Of a stretch of DNA of 63,732 bases, positions 1 through 12,286 are shown one piece after another. The translations under genes were made by a program, and so were the position numbers. Origin of the DNA: Acidimicrobiales bacterium (lineage in GTDB: Bacteria > Actinomycetota > Acidimicrobiia > Acidimicrobiales > UBA8190); NCBI GenBank assembly GCA_035515515.1, contig DATJBC010000108.1:1-63732 (forward strand). The letters are read 5' to 3'. Within the stretch, counting starts at the first letter, position 1, and each line of letters opens with the position of its first letter. The notes beneath the pieces were generated by a model. The model had not been told where the DNA came from. It searched no databases and saw only the letters and a list, made by a program, of their open reading frames with translations.

Positions 1-779
1 AGCGACACGCACCCGGCCGTCGGACCGCCCGTGGAGACGTGGAGGAAGATGGCGCTTCCCGCACCGGGGACGACCGGGCTCGTGTTGTAGGCGATGACGG
101 CGCCGTCGTCGTAGGCGGGCGTCTGGTCCATCGGCTCGGGCGACGCACCGGCATCGGCCGTGGCGGTGTCGACCCACTGGTTGTAGCGGGCGCTCGACGG
201 GTCGTCGTCCCACACGATGTCGTGTCCGGTCACGGGCCGCCACGCGAACTGCACCCCGGGGTCGGCGAGCACCCCGAAGAAGAAGTCGAAGCCGTAGGAG
301 CCCGACGGCGTCCGGCCGTCTCCCTCACGCTTCTGGCCCGGGGGCGCGAAGCCGTGGGAGCCCACATGGGCCTGCCACGGGCCGAACACCTGCTGCCAGC
401 CCGACGCCGCCCGCTGGTAGGCGGTGAAGGTGGCGGTGCTCTGCCCGTAGCCCGAGGCGTCCACGGCGATGACCTGGGTCGCCGTCCCCACGCCGGCCAG
501 GCGCGTCACGAGGAGGGGCGCCGGAGCTTGCGTGGTGGGGGGCGCGCTGCGTGGGCGCGGCACCGTGGTGGGGGGCGCCGTCGCCGGGGGTGCCGTGGTG
601 GGCACCGTGGTCGTGGCCGTCGTGGTCGTGGTGGCGACCGTGGTCGTGGTGGCGACCGTGGGCGGGGTGGTCGAGGTGGACCGGGCGTGCGTGGCGCGCG
701 CCGCACGGGGCGCGCTCGCGCACGAGGACAGCCCGAGCACCACGACGGCGCAGAGCGCCCCGACAGCGCACGGCGCCAC
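1..779 (-). CDS. L,D-transpeptidase (YkuD/ErfK family) lipoprotein; the 3' end runs off the left edge
   Basis: Absent from the ORF track because there is no stop inside the window. Hand translation of the third minus frame from GTG 779 gives VAPCAVGALCAVVVLGLSSC (lipobox), a Thr/Pro linker, then ...GRTPSGSYGF...SAIFLHVSTGGPTAGCVS at nt 57-3. That last stretch is the His...Gly-Cys catalytic signature of YkuD domains. Confidence 0.75.
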   Translation of the reverse strand, partial: MAPCAVGALCAVVVLGLSSCASAPRAARATHARSTSTTPPTVATTTTVATTTTTATTTVPTTAPPATAPPTTVPRPRSAPPTTQAPAPLLVTRLAGVGTATQVIAVDASGYGQSTATFTAYQRAASGWQQVFGPWQAHVGSHGFAPPGQKREGDGRTPSGSYGFDFFFGVLADPGVQFAWRPVTGHDIVWDDDPSSARYNQWVDTATADAGASPEPMDQTPAYDDGAVIAYNTSPVVPGAGSAIFLHVSTGGPTAGCVS

Positions 780-819
780 CGTCGAGCTCCGCCCCCACCC
801 CCGGCTAGGGTGCGCGTCC

Positions 820-1626
820 GTGCCACGCCGATGGCGCACGCGGGGCGCTCTCCTCGTCATCTTGCTCCTCTCCTCCGGCGTGCTCGCCGCATGCTCCAGT
901 ACACCGGACGCGGCCGCACACCGGCGCCACCTCCCCGCGCCGGCGGCTCCGTCGCCCGGCGCCACGACACCGTCGACCCCGACGCCGAGCCCGTCGACCC
1001 CGGTGCCCTCCCCGACCACGACCGATACCCGCCCGGCCGCGGCCGACACCACCGGCGACGCCTTCGTGGGCACGGTGTCGGACGTCACCGCCGCGCAGGT
1101 CTCGGCCACGTGGCGCCCGGGATGCCCGGTGGGGCCGTCGAGCCTACGGCTGCTCACCATGCGCTACTGGGGCTTCGACGGCCACCCCCACACCGGCACC
1201 ATGGTGGTCGCCGCCGCGGTCACACACGCCGTCCTCGAGGTCTTCGGCACGCTCTTCGCCGAGCACTTCCCCATCCGTCAGATGCAGCCCGAGGACGCCT
1301 ACGGAGGCCGGGACCCGGTGTCGATGGCGGCGGACAACACGTCAGGGTTCAACTGCCGGGACGCGGTGGCGCCCGGCCCGCCGACGTGGTCGGTGCACGC
1401 CTACGGCGAGGCCATCGACGTCAACCCGGTGGAGAACCCGTACCTCGAGGGCGGGCAGGTGCAGCCGGCCCAGGGCGCGGCCTATGTCGACCGCGCGACG
1501 GTCCGGCCCGGGATGGCCGTGCCCGGCGGCGAGCTCGTGGCCGCCTTCGCCTCGGTGGGCTGGCAGTGGGGCGGGCGCTGGACGGCGAGCCCCGACTACC
1601 AGCACTTCTCGGCCACGGGCGGATGA
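820..1626 (+). CDS. M15-family zinc D,D-carboxypeptidase-like lipoprotein (VanY/peptidase_M15_4 type)
   Basis: Same frame as track ORF 469..1626. GTG 820 precedes VPRRWRTRGALLVILLLSSGVLAACSS (lipobox). The C-terminal domain contains SVHAYGEAIDVNP and GWQWGGRW...DYQHF, typical of M15 peptidases. Confidence 0.8.
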   Translation: MPRRWRTRGALLVILLLSSGVLAACSSTPDAAAHRRHLPAPAAPSPGATTPSTPTPSPSTPVPSPTTTDTRPAAADTTGDAFVGTVSDVTAAQVSATWRPGCPVGPSSLRLLTMRYWGFDGHPHTGTMVVAAAVTHAVLEVFGTLFAEHFPIRQMQPEDAYGGRDPVSMAADNTSGFNCRDAVAPGPPTWSVHAYGEAIDVNPVENPYLEGGQVQPAQGAAYVDRATVRPGMAVPGGELVAAFASVGWQWGGRWTASPDYQHFSATGG

Positions 1627-1699
1627 CCAGCGGGACGGGGCCGGCCACGCGCGGGTGCGGTAGCGTCCCCGTGCCCGACCCGCCAACCCCGTGTGACCG

Positions 1700-2473
1700 T
1701 TGACCGACCTCTTCTCCATCGCCGGCAAGACCGCTGTGGTCACCGGGGGCTCGCGCGGCATCGGCCGGATGATCGCCACCGGGTACGTCCGGGCCGGGGC
1801 CAAGGTCTACATCTCGTCCCGCAAGGCCGACGCCTGCGACGCCCTGGCCGCCGAACTCTCGGAGCTGGGCGAGTGCCTGTCGCTGCCCGCCGACCTCTCG
1901 ACCGAGGAGGGGTGCCGGGCGCTGGCCGATGCGGTTGCGGCGCGCGAGCCCGCTCTGCACATCCTGGTCAACAACGCCGGCAACACCTGGGGGGCGCCCT
2001 TCGAGGAGTTCGACGACGCCGCCTGGGAGCGCGTGCTGTCGCTCAACGTCAAGGGCGTGTTCCACACCACCAAGTTCCTCACACCGCTGCTGCGCGCGGC
2101 GGCCACGGAGGACGACCCGGCACGGGTCGTGAACATCGGGTCGATCGACGGCATCCACGTCCCGGTGCTCGAGACGTACTCGTACTCGGCGTCGAAGGCG
2201 GCCGTGCACCAGCTGACCCGGACATTGGCGCGCCGTCTGGCGCCGCAGGTCACCGTCAACGCCATCGCCCCGGGCCCGTTCGAGTCCAAGATGATGGCGG
2301 CCACGCTGGAGGCGTTCGGCGACAGCATCGCCGCCAGCGCCCCGCTCAAGCGCATCGGGCGGCCCGACGACATGGCCGGCGCCGCCATCTTCCTGGCGTC
2401 GCGCGCCGGGGCGTACCTCACGGGGGCGGTGATCCCGGTCGACGGCGGGATGGCCACGGTGGGAACGCGTTGA
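1700..2473 (+). CDS. SDR-family oxidoreductase (3-oxoacyl-ACP reductase/RhlG-like)
   Basis: Track ORF with a TTG start. Contains TGGSRGIG (Rossmann), NNAG and YSASKAA (catalytic Y-x3-K). Confidence 0.9.
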   Translation: MTDLFSIAGKTAVVTGGSRGIGRMIATGYVRAGAKVYISSRKADACDALAAELSELGECLSLPADLSTEEGCRALADAVAAREPALHILVNNAGNTWGAPFEEFDDAAWERVLSLNVKGVFHTTKFLTPLLRAAATEDDPARVVNIGSIDGIHVPVLETYSYSASKAAVHQLTRTLARRLAPQVTVNAIAPGPFESKMMAATLEAFGDSIAASAPLKRIGRPDDMAGAAIFLASRAGAYLTGAVIPVDGGMATVGTR

Positions 2474-2486
2474 GAAGGGAGGCACC

Positions 2487-3515
2487 ATGCGACTGAGCAC
2501 CATGCTCGACTACTCACGCGGCATCAAGGAGTCCGCCGACCACGTGGCCGACCTCGAGCGCGCCGGCCTCGACATCGTGTGGGTGGCGGAGGCCTACGGC
2601 GTGGACGGGCCCAGCCAGATGGGCTACATCGCGGCCCGCACCGAGCGCGTCCAGATCGGCTCCGGCATCCTGCCCATCTACTCCCGGACGCCCGCGCTGC
2701 TGGCGCAGACGGCGGCCGGGATCGACGCCCTGAGCGACGGCCGCTTCATCCTCGGCCTGGGGGCGTCGGGGCCCCAGGTCGTGGAGGGCTGGCACGGCGT
2801 GCCCTACACGCAGCCGCTGGAGCGCACCCGGGAGATCATCGGCATCTGCCGGAAGGTGTGGCGCCGGGAGGTCCTCGAGAACGACGGCCTCTACCCGATC
2901 CCGCTGCCCGCAGGGGCGGGCACCGGCCTCGGCAAGCCCCTCAAGCTCATCAACCACCCGGTGCGGACGGCGATCCCCATCTGGGTGGCGTCGATGGGGC
3001 CCAAGAACGTGGAGATGACGGCCGAGCTGGCCGACGGGTGGTTCCCGTTCCTCTACATCCCCGAGCGCGCCGAGGAGGTGTGGGGCGACGCGCTGGCCGC
3101 CGGCGCCGCCCGGCGGTCGCCCGAGCTGGGGCCGCTCGAGGTCGCCGCGGGAGGGCTGGCCGCCGTCGGGGAGGGGCTCGAGGGCCTGCGGGAGCTGGCC
3201 CGGCCCATGGCCGCCCTCTACATCGGGGGTATGGGCGCCCGTGGCCGCAACTTCTACAACGCCCTGGTGTCGCGCTACGGGTTCGAGAGGGAGGCGGCGC
3301 AGGTCCAGGACCTCTACCTGAGCGGCAAGAAGGACGAGGCCGCCGCCGCGGTGCCCGCCGAGATCCTCGAGCGGATGTCGCTGGTGGGCCCGCCCGGCTA
3401 CGTCCGGGAGCGCATCGCCGCCTACCGCGAGGCCGGGGTGACCGTCCTCAACGTCACCGTCCTCGGGCCCGACGCCCTCGACACGCTCAGCCAGCTGAAG
3501 GAGTGGTGCTCGTGA
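2487..3515 (+). CDS. LLM-class (luciferase-like) F420-dependent oxidoreductase
   Basis: Track ORF with ATG preceded by GGGAGG. Layout typical of the LLM flavin/F420 oxidoreductase family: [24 protein letters not shown]. Confidence 0.85.
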   Translation: MRLSTMLDYSRGIKESADHVADLERAGLDIVWVAEAYGVDGPSQMGYIAARTERVQIGSGILPIYSRTPALLAQTAAGIDALSDGRFILGLGASGPQVVEGWHGVPYTQPLERTREIIGICRKVWRREVLENDGLYPIPLPAGAGTGLGKPLKLINHPVRTAIPIWVASMGPKNVEMTAELADGWFPFLYIPERAEEVWGDALAAGAARRSPELGPLEVAAGGLAAVGEGLEGLRELARPMAALYIGGMGARGRNFYNALVSRYGFEREAAQVQDLYLSGKKDEAAAAVPAEILERMSLVGPPGYVRERIAAYREAGVTVLNVTVLGPDALDTLSQLKEWCS

Positions 3516-4516
3516 CCGCCAGCCGTCGGCTCGTCCTGGCGCGACGGCCCACGGGCATGGTCGACGACGCCACCACCCGGCTCGAGGAGGGCGCCGCCCC
3601 CGTGCCCGGGGCCGGGCAGGCGCTGCTGCGCGTCCGGTACCTGTCGATCGACCCCACCATCCGCACCTGGATGGACGACGCCCCCGGCTACCTCCCGCCC
3701 ATCGCCCTCGGCGAGACGATCCGGGGGGCGGGCGTGGGGGAGGTGGTCGAGTCCAACATCGAGCGCTACGCGCCCGGCGACCTCGTGGTGGGGATGGTGG
3801 GGTGGCAGGACTACGCCCTGGCCGACGACGGGGCGGCGGCCATGCAGACGATCCCCCCGGGGATCGACCCCGTGCTGGGCCTGAGCGTGCTGGGGGTGAC
3901 CGGCATCACCGCCTACTTCGGGATGACCGACGTGGGCCGGGTGGCCGAGGGCGACACCGTGGTGGTGTCGGGGGCGGCCGGGGCGACCGGCTCCGTGGCG
4001 GGGCAGATCGCCAAGATCCGTGGTGCACGGCGCGTGGTGGGCATCGCCGGGACGGCGGAGAAGTGCGCGTGGATCGTGGACGAGCTCGGCTTCGACGCGG
4101 CGGTCAACTACCGCCACGACGACCTGCCCGGCGCCCTGCGGGCCGCCTGCCCGGAGGGGATCGACCTGTACTACGACAACGTGGGCGGGCCCGTCCTCGA
4201 CGCGTGCCTGGCCCAGCTGGCGCTGCACGGGCGCGTCGTGATGTGCGGTGCCATCTCCCTCTACAGCGCCACCGAGCGGCCGCCGGGTCCCAAGAACATC
4301 TTCAACCTCATCATCAAGCGCGCCCGCATGGAGGGGTTCCTGCTCCTCGACTACTTCGACCGCTTCCCCGAGGCCCAGACGGCCTTGTTCGGCTGGCTCA
4401 CCGAAGGCCGGCTCAAGCACGCCGAGCACATCGTGGAGGGACTGGAGCACGCACCCGACGCCCTCAACCTGCTGTTCACCGGGGGCAACCGCGGCAAGGT
4501 GATCGTGAAGCTCTGA
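3512..4516 (+). CDS. NADP-dependent oxidoreductase, zinc-free MDR family (YncB/CurA/alkenal reductase-like)
   Basis: GTG 3512 overlaps the upstream stop (GTGA). Contains the [17 protein letters not shown] nucleotide-binding motif and a C-terminal NRGKVIVKL. Confidence 0.85.
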   Translation: MTASRRLVLARRPTGMVDDATTRLEEGAAPVPGAGQALLRVRYLSIDPTIRTWMDDAPGYLPPIALGETIRGAGVGEVVESNIERYAPGDLVVGMVGWQDYALADDGAAAMQTIPPGIDPVLGLSVLGVTGITAYFGMTDVGRVAEGDTVVVSGAAGATGSVAGQIAKIRGARRVVGIAGTAEKCAWIVDELGFDAAVNYRHDDLPGALRAACPEGIDLYYDNVGGPVLDACLAQLALHGRVVMCGAISLYSATERPPGPKNIFNLIIKRARMEGFLLLDYFDRFPEAQTALFGWLTEGRLKHAEHIVEGLEHAPDALNLLFTGGNRGKVIVKL

Positions 4517-4518
4517 CG

Positions 4519-5262
4519 TCAGGGCGGGGCGTCGAACCAGTCCCACCGCCACGGGGTGATGGCCTCGAAGGGGCCGGCGAACACCATGCCCTCCCCCGCG
4601 GCGTCCCCCACGATCGCTCCGAGGGCGCCCGCCACCGACAGGGGCTCCTCGTCGAGGTAGCACAGCGTGATCGTCCTGCTGCCCGGATGCCACCGCCTCC
4701 CCGCCAAGGCGGGGTCGGCGTCGAAGCGCAGCACCCCGGCGACCCCGGGCGCGCCGAGCAGCGCCTCGGCCAGGGCGCGCTCCACCTCGTCGTGGGAGCG
4801 CCCCCCGCCGCCGGGCGGCGCCGGCGCGGCGCGGTCGCGCACCACCACGTACACGCCGCGGGTGGGCCGGAAGGCGACGGCGTCGGCCGACACCAGCACC
4901 CGGGGCGCGGCGGCCGCCTGGCGGAGGGCGAAGGGCCCCGACAGGTGCGAGCGGCGGTGCTCGTGGAAGCGCCCGAGGTCCCGGAGGCGCTGGCCGAGGG
5001 CGGCGAACGCCTCGAGGGTCCGCACGAGGGGCTCACCCATGAGGTAGAGCGTCACGTAGTGGACGGGGGCCAGGAGAGGCCCGTCCACCAGGCGCGCCCG
5101 GCGGCAGGCGGGCGTGGACACCCAGCGCTGGCCGAAGAGCACCCCGGGGAGCGGGTACTGCTCGGGCATGTGGTCGAGCTGGTGCCACTCGTTGTACGAC
5201 CGGTGCTCGCGGGGATCGGTCACCTCGGTGAACGAGAAGAACCCCGCACGCGCCGTGCCCAC
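4519..5262 (-). CDS. Conserved hypothetical protein, probably two EthD/ABM-like alpha+beta barrel halves
   Basis: C-terminal part of track ORF 4519..5523. Coding-like from [35 protein letters not shown]. The start is uncertain: GTG 5262, or ATG 5334 inside a CCATGG shared with the divergent gene. Confidence 0.5.
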   Translation of the reverse strand: MGTARAGFFSFTEVTDPREHRSYNEWHQLDHMPEQYPLPGVLFGQRWVSTPACRRARLVDGPLLAPVHYVTLYLMGEPLVRTLEAFAALGQRLRDLGRFHEHRRSHLSGPFALRQAAAAPRVLVSADAVAFRPTRGVYVVVRDRAAPAPPGGGGRSHDEVERALAEALLGAPGVAGVLRFDADPALAGRRWHPGSRTITLCYLDEEPLSVAGALGAIVGDAAGEGMVFAGPFEAITPWRWDWFDAPP

Positions 5263-5332
5263 GCCCAGCAGTCCACCACGACCCCGGGCGGGCGCCCGGC
5301 ATCCCGGCGCGCCGCGGGACAGACTGCGACCC

Positions 5333-6784
5333 ATGGCGCGCCGGCCCGGGACCCCCGCGCTGGCGCGCCTGGCGGCGCTGGCCGTGGCGGCCACCCTGGC
5401 GGCGTGCTCGTCGGGGTCCCCGTCGGCGACCGGCGGCCGGGCGCGGGCGTCCACGACGACCACGGCGGGCGGCGGGTCCCCGGGCACGTCGAGCACGGCG
5501 CCGCCGTCGCCGGCATGGCTCACCTACGGCGGGAGCTTCGCCCGCGACTCGGTCGACGGCGCCGACCCGGCCTTCACCCACGCCCCGCAGGCGGCGTGGA
5601 CGTCCCCCGCGCTCGACGGCCCGGTCTACGGCGAGCCCCTCCTCTACCGGGGCCAGGTCCTGGTGGCCACCGAGAACGACACCGTGTACGCCCTGTCGGC
5701 GGCCACGGGGGCCGTGGCGTGGTCCGTGCACCTGGCGGCGCCGGTCCCGGCCGGCATGCTCCCGTGCGGCGACATCACGCCCACCGTGGGCGTCACCTCG
5801 ACCATGGTCGTCGACCCGGCCTCGGGATCGCTGTTCGTGTCGGCCGCGCTGACGTCGGGCGGCGCCGTGCACCACGATGTGTACGGCATCGACCTCGCCA
5901 CCCACGCACTGCTCTGGACACGCGACGTGGACCAGCCCGGTTGGACGGCCGCCGCCCAGCTCCAGCGCGCCGCGCTGGGCCTCTCCGCCGGGCACGTCAT
6001 CGTGGGGTTCGGCGGCAACTTCGGGGACTGCGGGGCCTACAACGGCTGGGTGGTGGGCGTGCCCGAGTCGGGCACCGGGCCGCTGCTCGTCTACGAGGTG
6101 CCCACCCAGCGCGAAGGGGCCATCTGGGCGCCCGGGGGGGTGACGGTGGACGCCGCCGGCGACGTCTTCGTGGTGACCGGCAACGGCAGCGCGTCGGCGG
6201 GGCAGCCCTTCGACCACGGGAACGCCGTGATCGAGCTCTCCCCCGCGCTGACCGAGCGCCAGTACTTCGCGCCGTCCGACTGGGCCCAGGACAACGAGGA
6301 CGACGGCGACCTGGGATCGACGTCGGTCATGGCGCTGGGCGCCACCCAGCTGTTCACGGTGGGCAAGCAGCAGACGGCCTACCTGCTACAGGCAGCCACA
6401 CTGGGCGGCATCGGCGGGCAGGTGGCGTCGCTGGCGGTGTGCCCCTCGCTGGGGGCCAACGCGTACCAGGCACCGGACGTGTACGTGGTGTGCACCCACC
6501 AGGGGACGATCGACCAGGTCGTGGTGGGCCCCGGCAACCACCTGGCGCGCGGCTGGACGTGGAGGTCACCCACGGGGACGGCCGGCTCCCCGACGATCGC
6601 CGGCGGGGTGCTGTGGAGCGTCGACATCGGCGCCTCGGTCCTCTACGGCGTGGACCCGGCCACGGGGGCCACCGAGTTCCGGCTCCCCCTCGACACGGGC
6701 ACGCCGCCGCACTTCGCCGCCCCCAGCGCGGCGGGAGGGATGCTGGTGGTGGCGGGGTCGAGCCGGGTCGAAGCGTTCCGTTGA
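5333..6784 (+). CDS. PQQ-like/BamB-like beta-propeller repeat lipoprotein
   Basis: [27 protein letters not shown] (lipobox), then repeated ...[16 protein letters not shown]... and ...[14 protein letters not shown]... blades. Confidence 0.75.
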   Translation: MARRPGTPALARLAALAVAATLAACSSGSPSATGGRARASTTTTAGGGSPGTSSTAPPSPAWLTYGGSFARDSVDGADPAFTHAPQAAWTSPALDGPVYGEPLLYRGQVLVATENDTVYALSAATGAVAWSVHLAAPVPAGMLPCGDITPTVGVTSTMVVDPASGSLFVSAALTSGGAVHHDVYGIDLATHALLWTRDVDQPGWTAAAQLQRAALGLSAGHVIVGFGGNFGDCGAYNGWVVGVPESGTGPLLVYEVPTQREGAIWAPGGVTVDAAGDVFVVTGNGSASAGQPFDHGNAVIELSPALTERQYFAPSDWAQDNEDDGDLGSTSVMALGATQLFTVGKQQTAYLLQAATLGGIGGQVASLAVCPSLGANAYQAPDVYVVCTHQGTIDQVVVGPGNHLARGWTWRSPTGTAGSPTIAGGVLWSVDIGASVLYGVDPATGATEFRLPLDTGTPPHFAAPSAAGGMLVVAGSSRVEAFR

Positions 6785-6837
6785 GCGGGCCCCGCCCCCC
6801 GGTCCCCACCGGCCCGCCGGGGGAGCAGAATGGGCCC

Positions 6838-9534
<2,697 letters not shown>

Positions 9535-9596
9535 CCCGACGGCAGGGGGGCGGGAGCGCGGCGGCGGACCCGAGAGCGCCGGGGCTCGGGGTGTCG

Positions 9597-11387
9597 ATGC
9601 GGGGGGGCCGGGACGTGACCGGCGGCCGCCCGTCCGTCAGCCGCGCCCTCGCCCGGCGACGCGCTCTGGTGCGCGCCCTGGCGGTGGCGCTCGGCGTCGT
9701 GGGCGCCCTGGCCTGGACGCCGCGCGCCGGCGCGGCCCCCCATGACGGCTCCGGCGCCGGCGCCCCCGTCTACGACGCCGACGCACCCGATCCCGACGTG
9801 ATCCTCGTGGGCTCGACCTACTACGCCTACACGACCGGCACCGACCTCAAGGACATCCCCGTGCTGGCGTCCACCGACCTGCAGCACTGGCAGTCCGCCG
9901 GGGACGCCCTGCCCGCGCTGCCGTCGTGGTCGACGTTCGGCCAGAGCTGGGCACCCGGCGTGGTGGCGCTGGGGGGCACCTACGTCATGTACTACTCCAC
10001 CGAGGTGGCGGCGACCGGGCAGGACTGCATCTCGTTGGCCACGGCCACCACCCCCACGGGCCCGTTCGTCGACAATTCGTCGACGCCGTTCATCTGCCAG
10101 GCGCAGCTCGGCGGCTCCATCGACCCCCAGCCGTTCGTCGACACCAACGGCAGGCTGTTCCTGTACTGGAAATCGAACACCGACCCGCCGTCGTCGGCGT
10201 CGATCTGGGTGGCCGAGCTCACCGCGGACGGCACGGCGCTCACGTCCGGGCCCGAGCCCGTGCTGGGCGCCGATCAGTCCTGGGAGTCCACGGTGGAGTC
10301 TCCGTACATGGTGGACGAGGCCGGACGCTACGTCCTGTTCTACTCGGGGGGCGCGTGGAACAGCGCCGGCTACGGGGTGGGCTACGCCGAGTGCGCCGGC
10401 CCCTTCGGGCCCTGCACCAAGCCGCAGGGCACGCCGTTGCTCCACTCCGAGACGGCTCGCCTCGGGCCCGGGGGGGAGTCGCTCGTCGAGGACGCCTCGG
10501 GCAACTGGTGGATGGCCTACGCGGCGTGGGACGGGCCGGCGAGCGCCTACTCCTACGGCGACGGCGACTTCCGGAGCCTGTGGGTGGCGCCGGTGACCTT
10601 CTCGGGGGGCACACCCGTCGTCGACGCCGGGCAGGCCCCCGAGGGGTACCGCCTCGTGGCCTCCGACGGCGGGGTGTTCCCCTTCGGGGGGGCGTCGTTC
10701 CTGGGGTCGATGGGCGGGCGCCACCTCGACGCCCCCGTCGTGGGGGCGGCGGCGGACGCCGCCACCGGCGGGTACTGGGAGGTGGCCGCCGACGGCGGGA
10801 TCTTCGCCTTCGGCGCGCCCTTCTACGGGTCGATGGGGGGGCGCCGTCTCGCCGCGCCGGTGGTGGGCATGGCCCCCACCCCCGACGGCGGCGGCTACTG
10901 GCTCGTGGCGTCCGACGGCGGCGTGTTCGCCTTTGGCGACGCCGGCTTCCACGGCTCGACCGGCGGCATCCACCTGGTGGCCCCGGTGACGGGCATGGCC
11001 GCGGCGCCCCGGGGCGGGGGGTACTGGCTCGTGGCCTCCGACGGCGGCGTGTTCGCCTTCGGAGCCGCCCCCTTCTACGGGTCCACGGGCGGGTTCCCGC
11101 TGGCCGCACCGGTGACGGGCATCACCGTGCTGCCCCAGGGCGGCGGGTACTGGCTGGTGTGCACCAACGGCAGGCTGTTCCCCTACGGCGCGGCGACGGT
11201 GTTCGGTTCGGTGCAGGGCGTGGCACTGGCCAAGCCGGTGAAGGCGCTCGTGCCCGGGCCGGGCGGCGCCGGCTACTGGGAGGTGGCCGCCGACGGCGGG
11301 ATCTTCGCCTTCGGCGACGCCGCCTACCTCGGCTCCACCGGCGGCATCCGCCTGGCCGCGCCGGTGGTGGCCGCCATGGCCAGCTGA
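9597..11387 (+). CDS. Secreted glycoside hydrolase family 43-like domain fused to six C-terminal 41-aa repeats
   Basis: Arg-rich signal ([11 protein letters not shown]...[10 protein letters not shown]). GH43-like blades with [36 protein letters not shown] and [19 protein letters not shown]. These are followed by 6 copies of GYW[13 protein letters not shown]5[14 protein letters not shown]. Confidence 0.8.
   Translation: MRGGRDVTGGRPSVSRALARRRALVRALAVALGVVGALAWTPRAGAAPHDGSGAGAPVYDADAPDPDVILVGSTYYAYTTGTDLKDIPVLASTDLQHWQSAGDALPALPSWSTFGQSWAPGVVALGGTYVMYYSTEVAATGQDCISLATATTPTGPFVDNSSTPFICQAQLGGSIDPQPFVDTNGRLFLYWKSNTDPPSSASIWVAELTADGTALTSGPEPVLGADQSWESTVESPYMVDEAGRYVLFYSGGAWNSAGYGVGYAECAGPFGPCTKPQGTPLLHSETARLGPGGESLVEDASGNWWMAYAAWDGPASAYSYGDGDFRSLWVAPVTFSGGTPVVDAGQAPEGYRLVASDGGVFPFGGASFLGSMGGRHLDAPVVGAAADAATGGYWEVAADGGIFAFGAPFYGSMGGRRLAAPVVGMAPTPDGGGYWLVASDGGVFAFGDAGFHGSTGGIHLVAPVTGMAAAPRGGGYWLVASDGGVFAFGAAPFYGSTGGFPLAAPVTGITVLPQGGGYWLVCTNGRLFPYGAATVFGSVQGVALAKPVKALVPGPGGAGYWEVAADGGIFAFGDAAYLGSTGGIRLAAPVVAAMAS
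10644..11384 (+). repeat. Six tandem, in-frame ~123-nt (41-aa) coding repeats inside the GH43 gene
   Basis: Read directly from the translation: [15 protein letters not shown]..., [15 protein letters not shown]..., [15 protein letters not shown]... (twice), [15 protein letters not shown]..., [15 protein letters not shown]... Confidence 0.85.
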
Positions 11388-11422
11388 GGGCGCCCGCGCC
11401 CGGGGCGCGCCGGGGCGGGCGG

Positions 11423-11770
11423 TCAGCGACCCTCGAGGATCACCACCGGCTCCTCGGTGACGACGAAGGCGAGACGGTCGACGTCGAGGAAGTGGGGTAG
11501 GTCGGCCCACACCTCCGCGAAGTCGGGCTCGGCGATGTGGGCGTGGTACTCCTCCATCGACGCGAACCACTGTTCGGTGACGCCGTCGTAGGCGCCGTCG
11601 TCGTCGGCCGGGTAGTCCGACAGCGGCCGGTGATGCTGCTCGTAGCGCAGGACGTGGCCCCCGCTGCGCGTCGAGAGCACCAGGGGCCCGTGGCGGTCGC
11701 GCCAGTAGGCGTGGAACTCCTCGGGCGACATCCCCGCCTTGCGGCGGACGAGGCACGTGAGCTTGACCAT
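11423..11770 (-). CDS. EthD domain-containing protein
   Basis: ATG 11770 gives MVKLTCLVRRKAGMSPEEFHAYWRDRHGPLV..., 115 aa, the typical EthD size and N-terminus. Confidence 0.8.
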   Translation of the reverse strand: MVKLTCLVRRKAGMSPEEFHAYWRDRHGPLVLSTRSGGHVLRYEQHHRPLSDYPADDDGAYDGVTEQWFASMEEYHAHIAEPDFAEVWADLPHFLDVDRLAFVVTEEPVVILEGR

Positions 11771-11831
11771 GCTGGCTCCCTCCGTGGGCGGACCCGGCGG
11801 CCCCCGCCGTGCTCGCCTGGGCGCAGGTTGC

Positions 11832-11890
11832 CACGGCGCGGCGCGCCCGGGCGAGCACGGCGCGGCGCGCCCGGGCGAGCACGGCGCGGC
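11832..11890. repeat. Intergenic tandem repeat, 24-nt unit CACGGCGCGGCGCGCCCGGGCGAG x 2.46
   Basis: Two identical copies (11832-11855 and 11856-11879) plus 11 nt of a third. Flanked by GTGCTCGCC (11809-11817) and GTGCTCGCCCACCCGGGC (11922-11939), which are complementary to the GGCGAGCAC repeat ends. Confidence 0.8.
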
Positions 11891-12286
11891 CGGCTCCCCG
11901 GGAGCGGTGGGCGCTGCCCCCGTGCTCGCCCACCCGGGCCCCGCCACGGCTCGGGGCTGCGATCGGCGAGTCCCGGTCGTCACAGACGCGGGGCTCGTCC
12001 CGCGAAGACCCGCCGAACCGGTCGATGGGCGCCACCACCGCGCCGACGGGCCCGAGGACCCCGGCGCCTCGCCGGCGCCCCGCGGCGCCCCCGTCCCCGC
12101 CAGAAAGGCGGCGGCCGTGCGGGCCGTGCCAAGATGGGCGGGCCACACCGGGCCCGCTCAACCCCCCGAGCAGCCCCCGCCCGCGCCACCGCGTCGGATC
12201 GCTGGCGCGCTCGTTCCCCGCCCCATGACGCCCGTCGGCCCCCACACCCGAGAGCATCGCCCGGCCCGGACCGCACGAGGACGGCG

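Noticed and set aside
39-1703. 554-aa plus-strand ORF and the minus-strand ORFs 325..798 and 506..826 at the left end.
   Set aside because: These are low-complexity translations. The region is better explained by the untracked minus-frame L,D-transpeptidase (1..779) and the M15 peptidase from GTG 820.
5332-5335. A CCATGG at 5331-5336 provides ATG codons on both strands (minus ATG at 5334-5332, plus ATG at 5333-5335). This suggested overlapping divergent starts.
   Set aside because: The plus-strand ATG leads straight into a lipoprotein signal and is credible. The minus-strand extension is Arg/Gly-rich and non-coding-like, so the minus gene more likely starts at GTG 5262 and there is no real overlap.
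12134-12286. An in-frame upstream ATG (12134) that would add 51 aa to the Ser/Thr kinase.
   Set aside because: The extension is Arg/Pro/Ala-rich with weaker GC3. Kinases of this family normally start a few residues before the L-x-GRY-x-LG-x-GGM block, so GTG 12287 is preferred.
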